A DNA stretch of 64,000 nucleotides, from contig JBPOFY010000011.1 of the NCBI GenBank assembly GCA_051252375.1, positions 55,675 through 119,674 on the forward strand. Reading direction: 5' to 3'. The stretch comes from Opitutaceae bacterium. GTDB lineage: Bacteria; Verrucomicrobiota; Verrucomicrobiia; Opitutales; Coraliomargaritaceae. Each line of letters opens with the position of its first letter. The stretch's first letter is position 1. The notes under the pieces are model-generated. The model was not told the DNA's origin. It worked only from the letters and a program-made list of their open reading frames with translations, and did not search any database. The translations under genes and the position numbers were made by a program. This document shows positions 46,424-57,683 of the stretch, one piece after another.

Positions 46424-49400
46424 TCGACTCATCCAGTTTTCGCTCTCTCAGAGGCCTCTTATTTTGGCCTTCGCCTTGGTTGTATTTATCCTCGGCATCA
46501 AAACAGCCAGTGAGCTTCCGGTTGAAGTTTTACCAGACCTGACCAAACCGACCGTCACCATTTTGACGGAGTCGCCCGGTTTCTCGCCAGAAGAAGTTGA
46601 AACCTTGGTGACCATCCCCTTGGAAAATTCCTTGATGGGTGTTACTGGCGTCACTCGATTAAGATCAGTTAACGACATTAGCCTTTCGCTTGTCTTTATC
46701 GAATTCGAATGGGGAACCGACATCTATCAAGCGCGCCAGTTTGTGCAGGAACGGTTGACAGGGGCGAGCGAGGCTCTACCCGAAGGCGTCACCCCCTACA
46801 TGACTCCGGTGGCTTCCTTAATGGGAAACATCATGCTGGTCGGCTTGGTCGATCCATCGGGTCAAACTGAGCCGATGGATCTGCGGACATTGGCTGATTG
46901 GACGGTATCGAGACGATTACAGTCCATTCCTGGTGTGGCTGAAGTGCTCGGAATGGGAGGCGGCGTCAAGCAACTGCAAGTCCAACCCAACCCCGACAAA
47001 ATGCTGGCGATGGGCATCCGCTATGAGGAAATTCACAAAGCCGCAGCGAATGCAGTCAGTAACAGCACGGGCGGATTCTTAACCGAATCTTCACGGGAAA
47101 TCATGGTGCGTAATCTGGCTATGACCACTGACCTCGATGCGATTGGCAATACTGTGGTGTCACATGTCAACGATCGTCCGGTTCGGATCAAAGATGTCGC
47201 CAACGTCGCATGGGATATTGAACCGATGCGTGGCGATGCGGGTATGGGCAGTAAGCTTTTAGGCAACCATGAGGATACAAAAGGTTACCCTGGCGTCATT
47301 CTCAGCGTGACCAAATCACCGGGATTCGACACACTCACCTTAACCGACGATGTCGAAACAGCATTGGAGGATGTGAAGAAATCGCTACCCGACGGGGTCG
47401 AAATTGTGATTCTCTACCGTCAGTCCGATTTTATCGATCTTGCAGTCGGCAATCTGGAAGAGGCCCTGCGCGATGGCGCGATCATGGTCGCTGTCATCTT
47501 GTTCCTCTTCCTACTCAATCTCAGGATCACCCTGATTACTTTGACTGCGATCCCCTTATCCTTGGGCATGACTGTTCTGGTTTTCGATATCTTAGGGTTG
47601 AGCGTTAATTCGATGACGCTTGGCGGCCTCGCTGTCGCCATCGGAATGGTTGTCGATGATGCCATCGTCGATGTAGAGAATGTATTTCGACGGCTACGAG
47701 AAAACGCACTTTTAGCAGAACCGCGTAACAAACTCGAAGTGATTGCCAAGGCATCTGCCGAAGTGCGTTCGTCGATTCTCTATGCGACCGTGCTGATTAT
47801 TTTGGTCTTCTTACCATTGATGGCATTGAGCGGCGTCGAAGGCCGACTGTTCACACCGATCGCCGTGGCGACGATAGTCAGTATGGCAGCATCGTTTATT
47901 GTATCCTTAACCGTGATACCAGTGCTCAGTTCCTATCTGCTAAAACCGAAGGCCAATCAAAAACATGCCGATGGTATTATCGAGCGCGGGTTCAAAAAAG
48001 TCTTCAATGCGACTTGGCTGCGGCTTTCACTCTCTCAACCCTTTATCGTCCTATTTATAGCTGGTGCACTTGTCGTGCTAGCGGGAATCTCATTTTCAAA
48101 AATGGGTGGTAATTTCCTTCCCGCCTTCCGCGAGCCGACTGTTTTGGTTGCTATGACGACCGCACCGGGCACATCGCTCAAACAAACACGTGAGCTAGCC
48201 GATACCGCGCAGGACCTGCTCCTTAAAATTCCTGAAGTGGAGACGGTGGGTTATCGCTTGGGCCGTGCCGAACGCGGTGATCACGTCGTGCCTGTTTCAA
48301 CCGTCGAGTTTGATCTCGAATTTGCCAGAGAAACCGATCGAGAACGTAGTGAGATAGTCGCCGACATTCGCTCAACGATGCAGACGATCCCCGGAACCTT
48401 CAGCGCTCTTAGCGGGCCATTGGCAGACCGCATCGGTCACATGCTCAGCGGTGTCTCAGCAAAAGTTGCGGTCAAAGTGTTTGGTCCTGAACTGGATGAA
48501 CTCAGACGTATCGGCACCGACATTGCCGAGATCGCCCGTGAAATCCCCGGCATGGAGGAGGCTCGCGTAGAGCAGCAAGCACCCATTCCGCAGCTTCGGA
48601 TCGAAATAGATCGCAAGCGCGCCATGGCCTATGGCGTTACTCCAGGTGCCCTGAATGCGGAACTCTCTGCGTTAATGGGAGGCGAAGCAGTTAGTGAGAT
48701 TTACGAGGGCCAGCGTGTCTATGACTTAGTCATCCGGCTTCCGCAGGAATGGCGCGAATCACCTCAAAAGCTCTCGCAGCTATATATCGACACGCTGAGT
48801 GGTCAGCGCATCCCGCTGAACTACGTCGCGGATATTAGGCATGCAACAGGTCCGAATAATATCCTCCGTGAGAATACTATACGCCGCTTCGTCGTATCTA
48901 TCAATCCGACCGTTGATGACTTGAACGCTGCCGTGGAAACACTGCAACGTGAAGTGGCTGAGCGAATCCAACTACCAGAAGGCTATACAATTTCCTACGA
49001 AGGCGAATACGAAGCTCAGGCCAAAGCGAAACGCACGATCCTGATCACATCGGCAATCGTTTTGTTGGTCATCTCGTTCCTGCTCTACAGCTACTTTAGG
49101 AATTTTACTTTCGTTCTTCTAGTCTTCACCATCGTGCCGATCTCACTTGTCGGTAGTATATTCCTTACCGAAATGACGCTAAATAATATCAGCATCGCCA
49201 CCTTAGTTGGCTTCATCGCGGTGAGCGGGATCTCTGCACGAAACAACATCATGTTGATTTCGCACTACCTCCACCTCATGCGCCACGAGGGCGAAAGCTT
49301 TACCCGCAAGATGGTGGAACGCGGCACACAGGAACGTCTCATCCCGATTCTCATGACCGCGATTTCTGCTGGCCTTGCTTTGGTGCCGTTACTCTTAGCT

Positions 49401-49568
49401 ACCGAAGAACCGGGCAAAGAAATCCTCAATCCAATTGCAGTCGTCATCGTCGGCGGACTCGTCACCTCAACTCTACTCGGGCTCGGAGTGACTCCGGCGA
49501 TTTTCTACAGCTTCTGCCGCAAGTCAGCAGAAACATCCGTCAAACGTAAGTCCGCAGCGTCCGAATAA
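46416..49568 (+). CDS. CzcA/CusA-family heavy-metal RND permease
   Basis: PEEVETLVT, NSMTLGGLAVAIGMVVDDAIVDVEN, ERLIPILMTA, VGGLVTST. Confidence 0.94.
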   Translation: MLNRLIQFSLSQRPLILAFALVVFILGIKTASELPVEVLPDLTKPTVTILTESPGFSPEEVETLVTIPLENSLMGVTGVTRLRSVNDISLSLVFIEFEWGTDIYQARQFVQERLTGASEALPEGVTPYMTPVASLMGNIMLVGLVDPSGQTEPMDLRTLADWTVSRRLQSIPGVAEVLGMGGGVKQLQVQPNPDKMLAMGIRYEEIHKAAANAVSNSTGGFLTESSREIMVRNLAMTTDLDAIGNTVVSHVNDRPVRIKDVANVAWDIEPMRGDAGMGSKLLGNHEDTKGYPGVILSVTKSPGFDTLTLTDDVETALEDVKKSLPDGVEIVILYRQSDFIDLAVGNLEEALRDGAIMVAVILFLFLLNLRITLITLTAIPLSLGMTVLVFDILGLSVNSMTLGGLAVAIGMVVDDAIVDVENVFRRLRENALLAEPRNKLEVIAKASAEVRSSILYATVLIILVFLPLMALSGVEGRLFTPIAVATIVSMAASFIVSLTVIPVLSSYLLKPKANQKHADGIIERGFKKVFNATWLRLSLSQPFIVLFIAGALVVLAGISFSKMGGNFLPAFREPTVLVAMTTAPGTSLKQTRELADTAQDLLLKIPEVETVGYRLGRAERGDHVVPVSTVEFDLEFARETDRERSEIVADIRSTMQTIPGTFSALSGPLADRIGHMLSGVSAKVAVKVFGPELDELRRIGTDIAEIAREIPGMEEARVEQQAPIPQLRIEIDRKRAMAYGVTPGALNAELSALMGGEAVSEIYEGQRVYDLVIRLPQEWRESPQKLSQLYIDTLSGQRIPLNYVADIRHATGPNNILRENTIRRFVVSINPTVDDLNAAVETLQREVAERIQLPEGYTISYEGEYEAQAKAKRTILITSAIVLLVISFLLYSYFRNFTFVLLVFTIVPISLVGSIFLTEMTLNNISIATLVGFIAVSGISARNNIMLISHYLHLMRHEGESFTRKMVERGTQERLIPILMTAISAGLALVPLLLATEEPGKEILNPIAVVIVGGLVTSTLLGLGVTPAIFYSFCRKSAETSVKRKSAASE

Positions 49569-49598
49569 CAAAATCACACATCCAAAAAAGGAAAACAA

Positions 49599-50159
49599 AT
49601 GAAACAAAGAAAATATCTAATCACCGCACTAATCACCTGCGCGCTACTCACCTGGAACACCAGCTACGCAGAAGACCTCGCCCATGAAGCAGGTCACGAT
49701 CATTCAGCTCATGCAGCTGACGCGCACGATCACGATGCTCACAAAGATGCGAAGGCCGAAGACGACCACTCAGAGCACGCTCATGCAAAAGCTAAGGCTG
49801 GCCCCAATGGTGGCCGCATCATTACATCGGTTGAACCACACCTTGAGTTTTACCTCACAGAAGAGCGTATGATTCAGATCACATTTCTGAATGACCATGG
49901 TGAGGTGATCGCTCCGGAGGAACAAGTCGTCTCCTTAATCGGCGGTGATCGCCAGAATCCGATTCGTCTTCGCTTTGCCAGCAAAGGTTCTGTTTTACTG
50001 TCCGACAAAGCACTACCAGAGGGCAACAACTTGCCAATCATCCTCTCGATCAAGCCAGACGCGAAGTCCAAAAGTGTCCGCGAGCGTTTCAATCTCAACA
50101 CCAGCGAATGCCCGACTTGTAAATACAAAGAATATGCCTGCATATGCGAGCACGGCTAA
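49599..50159 (+). CDS. Periplasmic His-rich metal-binding protein
   Basis: Signal peptide, His/Asp-rich tract, GPNGGR, C-terminal CPTC...CICEH. Confidence 0.82.
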   Translation: MKQRKYLITALITCALLTWNTSYAEDLAHEAGHDHSAHAADAHDHDAHKDAKAEDDHSEHAHAKAKAGPNGGRIITSVEPHLEFYLTEERMIQITFLNDHGEVIAPEEQVVSLIGGDRQNPIRLRFASKGSVLLSDKALPEGNNLPIILSIKPDAKSKSVRERFNLNTSECPTCKYKEYACICEHG

Positions 50160-50237
50160 GAGGGGCACGATCACTAAACTAAAGCGATGGAGTGAATGAG
50201 CACCAGCAGTTCGTAACCAAAGTGAAAGACATTAACA

Positions 50238-51155
50238 ATGGGACATGATCACAACCACTCTCACGGCACAGAAAATGTCAGCGACGGCGTTCTCTTGTGG
50301 ACGGTCATTGTTAATTTAGGGCTCTCGATCTTCGAGTTCGTCGCAGGAGCGATCTCGGGGAGCGTGGCCCTGATGGCCGATGCGTTGCATAACACCAATG
50401 ATGCGGCCGCGCTGCTCATCGCCTACATCGCCCGTAGAATTTCCCGTAAGGGTGCCGACGAGCAATATACTTTCGGCTATCGACGGGCCGAGCTGATCGG
50501 CGCGATGATCCAGTTGATCGCACTCATTATTGTAGGGCTCTACCTTGTTTACGAGGCGATGCGGCGCTTCTTCTACCCTGAGCCACTGCTTGGGGGCTGG
50601 ATCATGGCAGCGGCTGGCGTGGCACTCATCGTCGATGTGATCACCGCTTGGCTCCTTTGGTCGATGTCCAAGGGAAGCCTGAATGTTAAAGCAGCGTTCC
50701 TACATAACCTTACCGACGCCGGAGCCTCGGTTGCTGTCTTACTTGGCGGCGCTGCGATTCTATGGCTTGATTGGACTTGGGTCGATCCCGTGATCACACT
50801 CATCATCGCGGGATATATTCTCTACATGTCTTTCGGTATGTTGAAGAAAACCTCGCGCATTCTAATGGAAGGCACACCGCCCGACCTCTCCCTGAAAGAA
50901 ATCAAAGAGGCCATCGAGCATCTGGACGGTGTCGATAATGTGCACCACCTCCACGTCTGGGAACTAGATGAGCACCATCGTGCGCTAGAAGCTCATGTGC
51001 GAATCGGAGAAAATGGGCAGAGCCACTCAATTCTTCGGAAGCAGATCAAAGATCTACTAGATAATAATTTCAGCATCAGTCACAGCACTCTTGAACTAGA
51101 GGACAGCGCCGATGCCCATCGTTGTGGGGACGAGAAAATGATTCACCAAAAGTGA
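50238..51155 (+). CDS. Cation diffusion facilitator (CzcD/ZitB family)
   Basis: MGHDHNHSH, ALMADALHN, TFGYRRAE, AFLHNLTD, HHLHVW, HSTLE. Confidence 0.93.
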   Translation: MGHDHNHSHGTENVSDGVLLWTVIVNLGLSIFEFVAGAISGSVALMADALHNTNDAAALLIAYIARRISRKGADEQYTFGYRRAELIGAMIQLIALIIVGLYLVYEAMRRFFYPEPLLGGWIMAAAGVALIVDVITAWLLWSMSKGSLNVKAAFLHNLTDAGASVAVLLGGAAILWLDWTWVDPVITLIIAGYILYMSFGMLKKTSRILMEGTPPDLSLKEIKEAIEHLDGVDNVHHLHVWELDEHHRALEAHVRIGENGQSHSILRKQIKDLLDNNFSISHSTLELEDSADAHRCGDEKMIHQK

Positions 51156-51205
51156 AGATCAAAAAAACACCCTGCTAAGTGCCGCAGAACCGCTAGAAAC
51201 GCCTC

Positions 51206-52321
51206 TTACTTCGCCTCAAAACGCCCGTCGGCTCGTTTCACGACTTGGCGCTTCAATTCCAGCCCCATGAGCGCCGCGGAGACTTCCGCCGACGAAACTG
51301 ACAATCGCTCCATCAATGCGTCTGAGGAAACAATTTCGCCTCCTTCAAAACAATTCAAAACCGATTGCTCGGTCTCACTCAAACTCACCGAAGCAGTCTG
51401 CTTCGAGTCACCAAAGTCGAGCTCCTGCTCCTGCGGTCGAGCATAACGCAACTCCTCGAGGATATCATCCACCGAAGTCACTAATGTCGCGCCATCGCGC
51501 AACAGTTGGTGACAACCGGCACTGCTAGCTTGATCAATCCGTCCGGGCACCACCATCAACTGACGACCCTGCTCACCTGCAAATCGCGCCGTGATCATAC
51601 TGCCACCCGCCGCATCGCTCTCGATCACGATCACCGCTTCCGACATCCCAGAAACCACACGATTTCTCATCGGGAAAGTTTGGCGATCCGCGCGACGACC
51701 AAATGGAAACTCACTGGCGACCGCACCTTCTGCCACGATCCGTTTATATAAATCCAAATTCTCCGGTGGATAAATGATGTCCAAGCCACAACCAAAAACA
51801 GCGACGGTCTTGCCGCCGACCTCCAGCGCACCTTCATGGGCTGCACTATCCGTGCCCCGCGCCATGCCGCTGACGATGCAAAAACCCATTCGCGCCAATT
51901 CACTCGCAAAACGCTTTGCCACACTGCGTCCATAGAGCGTCGCGCGGCGAGTGCCCACAATTGCCACGCAAGGACGATCCACCACGTATTCGCCCTGCCA
52001 ATACAAACCGATCGGCGAATCATACAGCTCACGAAGCATTTCCGGGTATTCTGTTTCTTCCTGCGTAAAGAAACGAGTATGCGACTTGGTCAGTTTTTCG
52101 ATTTCCTTCTGCAAGTCGAATCGCTCATCCCAATGGACCAAGGCATCCACGACCTTTTCACCAACACCCTTCACCGACAACAAGCGACTACGGTTACCCG
52201 CCAAGATCGCCACGGCGTCGTCGTCAAACGCATCCATTAACCGCCGAAGCATAACAGGGCCCACATGCTGCATTCCATTCAGCGCAAGCAGCGCCTGACG
52301 TTGCGTTAATACGTGAGACAT
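51206..52321 (-). CDS. dprA: DNA processing protein DprA
   Basis: AIVGTR, IVSGMARGTD, FPMRNR, GSMITA, VPGRI. Confidence 0.94.
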   Translation of the reverse strand: MSHVLTQRQALLALNGMQHVGPVMLRRLMDAFDDDAVAILAGNRSRLLSVKGVGEKVVDALVHWDERFDLQKEIEKLTKSHTRFFTQEETEYPEMLRELYDSPIGLYWQGEYVVDRPCVAIVGTRRATLYGRSVAKRFASELARMGFCIVSGMARGTDSAAHEGALEVGGKTVAVFGCGLDIIYPPENLDLYKRIVAEGAVASEFPFGRRADRQTFPMRNRVVSGMSEAVIVIESDAAGGSMITARFAGEQGRQLMVVPGRIDQASSAGCHQLLRDGATLVTSVDDILEELRYARPQEQELDFGDSKQTASVSLSETEQSVLNCFEGGEIVSSDALMERLSVSSAEVSAALMGLELKRQVVKRADGRFEAK

Positions 52322-52370
52322 ACAAAAATCATCCTACACCAAAAGATGAGGACAAGGTTATTATTCATTC

Positions 52371-53960
52371 TTACCCTAAATCGGCACGAATCACATCCGG
52401 AAGATAATCCAGTAACTCCGTCGTGCTGACCATGACCTGACCTTTTTTACGAGCCAATCGCTGAGCGGCTAAGCCATGCAACATCACTCCACGAGCCACA
52501 GCGGTCTGGGTATTCGTATTATCCTGCGCGAGCATACTTCCGATCAACCCCGAGAGTAAATCACCGCTACCACCCCGAGAGAGCACTGGTCCGCCTTGCG
52601 TATTATAAATTATCGACTCGCCGTCACAAATCCGAGTATTCGGTCCTTTCGACACAACCATAACCCGATAATTTCGGCAAAATTGCCTCAAGGTCTCGTT
52701 GGAGTAATCTCTTTCAGCGAGTTTAGCGATTCGCATGAACTCCCCCATATGCGGCGTCACAATCAGCGGCCCATGTTCAGCCTTTCGTTTGGGAGCGAGC
52801 TCAATGACTTTCTGCCTCAAGGCATCCGCATCCAAAATAACAGGACATGCGGCATTCTTAATAATATCTTGCGCCACCATTTCGGTATTTCGGTCGCGCC
52901 CCATCCCAGGACCACAAAGCACAGCAGTCGCGTTGCTCAAACGATCCACAAGCAAGGGCAATGCTCGCGGATTCAATGTCCCATTAGCCGTCTCGGGCCA
53001 TGGCACCCACATCGCTTCGGGCACTTGAGCTGACAATGCCGCGGCAACTGAAGAAGGCGCGAACGCAGTGACCAGGCCCACGCCGGAACGGACAGCGGCT
53101 TGCACGGCCATGAGCAACGCACCAGGCATATATGCCGAACCACCCACGATAAATAGATGACCGAACGCCCGCTTATCAACCGAGGCGGGCCGCAATTTCT
53201 GTAAAGGCTCCAACACGCGTGGCTGCAAAATATGCTCGGAAGCATCGATCTCCGACCCAGGTGCACCATCAAAAAAACCGAGGTCGATATAGCGCACGCG
53301 ACCACAATCTGCGATACCTTCAAAGATCGCCTGCTTCGCGATACCGGTGGCATACGTGAAGTCGGCATCAAAACTAAAATCCCCACCTTCGTCACCTTTA
53401 CCAGAAGGCAAGTCGACTGCTGCCCGTAAGCGAATCCCTTCAAACGCATTCACTGCCTCAAGGATCGAAGGCATCGGGCTACGCAATGGCGGCACAAAGG
53501 ACATGCCGAGTAAGCCATCCATACAAATATCAATCGCTGCACCGTCCGCGATAACTTCCAACAAATCGCGCACAGCGGCGACATCAGCTTCCTTTGCGAC
53601 AGTATGCTTACGAACACGCCCCTCAAGTTGATCATACGCACGCTTTGCCAATGGTCTCAACTCATCGACCGAAGCACTCATTATAAGATGAACCGTGGCA
53701 CGCGGGTATTCAGCCAAAAGTTCGCCACAAGCGATCAATGCATCACCGCCGTTATTCCCCTTCCCTATCAAAGCGAGCACACGGAGCTGCTGTGGCACAG
53801 GTAGAAGCTCTTGGTAATCCAGCAGAACTGCATGAGCAATGCCCCTACCCGCTCGTTTCATCGCATTCCACTCAGCATCCGCATCACTCAATACTTGAGA
53901 CTCAAGCTCACGAGCTTGTTTGCAGGTCATTACAGGGTGGGCATGGGGCAACGACTTCAT
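52371..53960 (-). CDS. nnr: Bifunctional NAD(P)H-hydrate epimerase/dehydratase
   Basis: GKGNNGGD, AVDLPSG, GPGMG, DADAL, TPHMGEF, GSGDLL. Confidence 0.9.
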   Translation of the reverse strand: MKSLPHAHPVMTCKQARELESQVLSDADAEWNAMKRAGRGIAHAVLLDYQELLPVPQQLRVLALIGKGNNGGDALIACGELLAEYPRATVHLIMSASVDELRPLAKRAYDQLEGRVRKHTVAKEADVAAVRDLLEVIADGAAIDICMDGLLGMSFVPPLRSPMPSILEAVNAFEGIRLRAAVDLPSGKGDEGGDFSFDADFTYATGIAKQAIFEGIADCGRVRYIDLGFFDGAPGSEIDASEHILQPRVLEPLQKLRPASVDKRAFGHLFIVGGSAYMPGALLMAVQAAVRSGVGLVTAFAPSSVAAALSAQVPEAMWVPWPETANGTLNPRALPLLVDRLSNATAVLCGPGMGRDRNTEMVAQDIIKNAACPVILDADALRQKVIELAPKRKAEHGPLIVTPHMGEFMRIAKLAERDYSNETLRQFCRNYRVMVVSKGPNTRICDGESIIYNTQGGPVLSRGGSGDLLSGLIGSMLAQDNTNTQTAVARGVMLHGLAAQRLARKKGQVMVSTTELLDYLPDVIRADLG

Positions 53961-54088
53961 AATTTATAGATATTGTTCGGCAGGATGATAGTATTAATCC
54001 AAAACAAAACTAGAACATGAACCATCTTTAGACAGATGCACGTTCTTTTTTTCGCATGTAGAAAGCTGAAACGCTGCTGGCTACAAAA

Positions 54089-54847
54089 CTACACTAAGAA
54101 GGCTTTCATTTCACGCACCGCTTGCTCCACGCCCACAAAGAGCGCTCGGCTAACAATCGTGTGACCGATATTCAACTCGTGTAAGTGCGGAATCGTCAAA
54201 ACCTCCGTGATATTGGTGTAATTGATACCATGCCCCGCATTGACTACGAGCCCGAGACTATGCGCCAACTTAGCGCCTTCTTGTAGAATTTTAATTTCAG
54301 CTTCACGCCCTTCGCCGTAGTATGCATTTGCATAAGCGCCGGTGTGCAACTCAATCCATGGACTCGCGATCTCAGCCGAAGCACGAATTTGCTTTGGGTC
54401 CGGATCGATAAACAAACTCGTGGTAATGCCCGCATCGGTCATCGCCTCGACAACGGCGGCGATGCGGCTCTTATTTTTAACAATATCCAAACCACCTTCA
54501 GTCGTAATTTCCTCGCGACTCTCCGGAACGAGGCAAACGGAGTCAGGCTTCAGCTCTAAAGCGTATTCAACCATCGCCGGCGTGCAGGCCATTTCCAAAT
54601 TCAGCCGTGTCTTAATCTGATCGCGCGCACGACGCACATCGCTATCCTGAACATGCCGACGGTCCTCGCGTAAATGAATCGTAATGCCGTCGGCACCTGC
54701 CTGCTCACAGAGCAAGGCAAACTCAACGGGATCAGGCTCCACCTCTTGACCAAAGTCGCGAGGGTGCGAACGGTAGCGGGCCTGTCTCACTGTCGCACAG
54801 TGATCAACATTCACGCCGAGCAAAATCTTGGAGGTAGTAGCAGTCAT
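54089..54847 (-). CDS. pdxJ: Pyridoxine 5'-phosphate synthase
   Basis: LGVNVDH, HLREDRRH, TTEGG, IELHTG, NAGHG, LNIGH. Confidence 0.96.
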   Translation of the reverse strand: MTATTSKILLGVNVDHCATVRQARYRSHPRDFGQEVEPDPVEFALLCEQAGADGITIHLREDRRHVQDSDVRRARDQIKTRLNLEMACTPAMVEYALELKPDSVCLVPESREEITTEGGLDIVKNKSRIAAVVEAMTDAGITTSLFIDPDPKQIRASAEIASPWIELHTGAYANAYYGEGREAEIKILQEGAKLAHSLGLVVNAGHGINYTNITEVLTIPHLHELNIGHTIVSRALFVGVEQAVREMKAFLV

Positions 54848-55011
54848 TAGCTACAACCTGTGGCAGATTTATACAACTTGTCGAATCGGATTTTAAATGA
54901 CTTAAGGCATCAACCAAACACCTGCCGCCACAATCCTTGAATCACCGAAGATCGCTCCCGCCATCGCTTTGTGCGCTTGCCCTGCAAGCAGTTCGACACA
55001 AGGTGAAAGCC

Positions 55012-56001
55012 ATGGAAATCGCGAACGTCGCCGGACTACAAGCAGATATCTCAATCCTGCCATCAAAGCAGGCGGCGATTCAACTCACCGACATTCGGGT
55101 AGATTACGGCACGACCACCGCAGTGAATGGACTCACGCTATCGGTGCCTTATGGCGAAATCTACGGATTAATCGGTCCGAACGGAGCGGGAAAAACAAGC
55201 AGCTTCAAAGTGCTAGCCACCCTCCTCGAGCCGACCTACGGAGACGTGCATGTTTGCGGCATCGATGTGGCAGAAGCACCAGAAGAAGCACGGCGATGTT
55301 TCGGCTACATGCCTGACCTCGCTCCAGTGCCCACCGATTTGAAATGCGGCGAGTTTCTAGAAATGTTTGCCGCAGCCTACGGCGTGCCGAGGAAGTTCCA
55401 GCAGCAACGGGTCGCCGATTGCCTAGAGACCGTGCGCCTCACTGAGAAGCGTGACACCTTCTGCAAAAGTCTATCGCGAGGAATGATACAGCGTTTGGTG
55501 CTCGCCAAATGCCTGCTTCACGACCCCAAAGTGCTACTACTGGATGAACCAGCCAGCGGTCTCGACCCCGCCTCTCGAGTGGCGCTACGCGACACCCTTC
55601 GCAGTCTCGCCAGAGATGGGGTGGCAGTGCTGATTAGCTCTCACATCCTAAGTGAACTGTCTGAGCTCTGCACTCAGATTGGCATCCTCAACCAAGGACA
55701 GCTGCTCGATTCCGGTCCTCCGGATCAAGTCGCTAGACGGTTGGGCGCACGCACACACCGTATTATCGAAATAAAACTCAACCACGCCTGCCCCGATGCT
55801 CTAGAATTCCTCCGAGGTCTCAAGCACACCCAATCGATTAAAGCAGACGGCGACCGACTCACCCTAGACTACCTCGGCGACGAAGACGATCAAGCGCAAC
55901 TCTTGCGCGAACTCATCGATCGAAAAGTTCCCGTCCGCAGCTTCACCGAGCGCGGCATCACCATCGAAGACGTCATCCTAAACTTAGGAGAGCAACGATG
56001 A
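55012..56001 (+). CDS. ABC transporter ATP-binding protein
   Basis: GPNGAGKT, LSRGM, LLLDEPASGLDP, SSH. Confidence 0.93.
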   Translation: MEIANVAGLQADISILPSKQAAIQLTDIRVDYGTTTAVNGLTLSVPYGEIYGLIGPNGAGKTSSFKVLATLLEPTYGDVHVCGIDVAEAPEEARRCFGYMPDLAPVPTDLKCGEFLEMFAAAYGVPRKFQQQRVADCLETVRLTEKRDTFCKSLSRGMIQRLVLAKCLLHDPKVLLLDEPASGLDPASRVALRDTLRSLARDGVAVLISSHILSELSELCTQIGILNQGQLLDSGPPDQVARRLGARTHRIIEIKLNHACPDALEFLRGLKHTQSIKADGDRLTLDYLGDEDDQAQLLRELIDRKVPVRSFTERGITIEDVILNLGEQR

Positions 56002-57683
56002 GCCCCTCGCCCAAAACAGCAGCCTTACCACAAATGGTCGATCAACCACCCGCCTGGCAGATCTGGCGCAATCCTATATTCATTCGTTACTGCCGCGCCC
56101 GCTTACGCCCAGTGAGCTTTGCGGCGTGGGCGTCGGTCGTTCTGGTATTTACCGGCTTCGTTTTCTTCATGTCGTTTCTATCTCCACAGAAATGGGGCAA
56201 CGCCACGGTTGAACAAGCCGCCGGATTTGCATTCGTCGCCATCATCGTCGTGCAATGCGCCCTACTGATGTTTAAGGGCAGCTTCAACATGGCCGCGGGC
56301 ATCACCCGAGAAGGCGTGGAAGGCATGCTCGATTACCAGCGCCTTTCGCCCATGTCGCCGCTCTCCAAAGCACTCGGCTATCTGTTCGGGCTGCCGATTC
56401 AAGAGTGGGCGCTCTTTGCACTCACCCTTCCTTTCCTCGGATACATACTCTATGTGGGCGATATCCCGCTATTCAAAATCGGTAAAGTGTATGCAGTGAT
56501 GCTTCCAGCCGTGATGCTCTACCATATGACGGGCTTCCTCGCTGGCATGGTCGTCAAGCAGCGCTTCCTCGCCGGGTTTCTATCTCAGATACTTATGGTG
56601 CTGCTCTACTTCATCTTACCGCAGCTTTCCAATATCGGCTACGTCTTCTTCGAATACCTGACCATTCGCCCCGTGCTATTTGATGAGCTCGCCGGCTTGC
56701 TACCCAATTGGGAACTACAAGAGCCAGTGCGCTTTTACCATTTTAACGTGCCCGTATGGCTGTTCTCGATCGGCATGCAACTCTCACTCTTCGGAGTCTT
56801 CCTACTAGTTGTCCTGCGAAAATGGCGCAACGAAAACGCCCACTTACTGGGCAAGCACGCATCAGTTGGCATATTCGGCGGAGCACTCGCGGTGTTTCTT
56901 GGGACAATCCTGCCACTGATTCCGAATGGGGAAATATTCCCGCCGTTCATGCGCGACAACTTCACTAGCGCAGACCCCAACATCGCCGATGCCGTGGTAA
57001 AGGTTCGAGATATGATCGAACCTCAAACGTTGGCCATGCCCGGCGTGTTCGGTCTATTTGTATTAATTCTGATATGCTTAATGATCTGCCTCATCACACC
57101 ATCACGCGACAACCGCATGAAGGAACTGAGGCGTATACGTAAGCTCGGCTTAAAGAACATACCAGCGGGGTCGGACGCAGCTTCATCGCTACCGCAGACT
57201 CTAGCCTTCTGTTTACTCGGGTCGGTGGCTTGGCTGGTATTTCTAGTCAGCCTCTTCAAGTGTGCATGGTTCCAAGGCATGGCAATGGACTTCAACGCGA
57301 TGGGCTGGATACTCTGTCCACTCGCGATCTTCCTACCCGCCATCCTCTTTCAACAGTTACTGGAACAAGGTGGATTCAAGGCAGTGTTTATACCCACGCT
57401 CTACGGTTGGGTGGTGCCACTCTTGGTCGCCATCATCATTCTTTCCGTAGCCGACGGTCTAGTGCTCCGCCGACTCGGCTACTATCTAATGGCACTAAGC
57501 GGTCCAGCACTTCCATTCTATGCGTTTACCGCAAACATGGAAGGCTCGGTCGGGCTCTACACCTTCTTCATGCGCGGCGCCTTCACCGTTTCGATTCTCC
57601 TCTACCTGTGCGTGCTGCCCCTTGTAGTCCAACAATGGATACGTTATCACCGTAAGCTCAAAGACCTCACCCATCATGATTGA
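55998..57683 (+). CDS. ABC exporter permease-like membrane protein
   Basis: ATGA overlap with ATPase, WRNPIF, ITREGVEGMLD, many TM segments. Confidence 0.8.
   Translation: MSPSPKTAALPQMVDQPPAWQIWRNPIFIRYCRARLRPVSFAAWASVVLVFTGFVFFMSFLSPQKWGNATVEQAAGFAFVAIIVVQCALLMFKGSFNMAAGITREGVEGMLDYQRLSPMSPLSKALGYLFGLPIQEWALFALTLPFLGYILYVGDIPLFKIGKVYAVMLPAVMLYHMTGFLAGMVVKQRFLAGFLSQILMVLLYFILPQLSNIGYVFFEYLTIRPVLFDELAGLLPNWELQEPVRFYHFNVPVWLFSIGMQLSLFGVFLLVVLRKWRNENAHLLGKHASVGIFGGALAVFLGTILPLIPNGEIFPPFMRDNFTSADPNIADAVVKVRDMIEPQTLAMPGVFGLFVLILICLMICLITPSRDNRMKELRRIRKLGLKNIPAGSDAASSLPQTLAFCLLGSVAWLVFLVSLFKCAWFQGMAMDFNAMGWILCPLAIFLPAILFQQLLEQGGFKAVFIPTLYGWVVPLLVAIIILSVADGLVLRRLGYYLMALSGPALPFYAFTANMEGSVGLYTFFMRGAFTVSILLYLCVLPLVVQQWIRYHRKLKDLTHHD

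Noticed and set aside
43330..51200. Metal-efflux cluster as a bounded mobile island
   Set aside because: No integrase, transposase, tRNA or flanking direct repeats detected.
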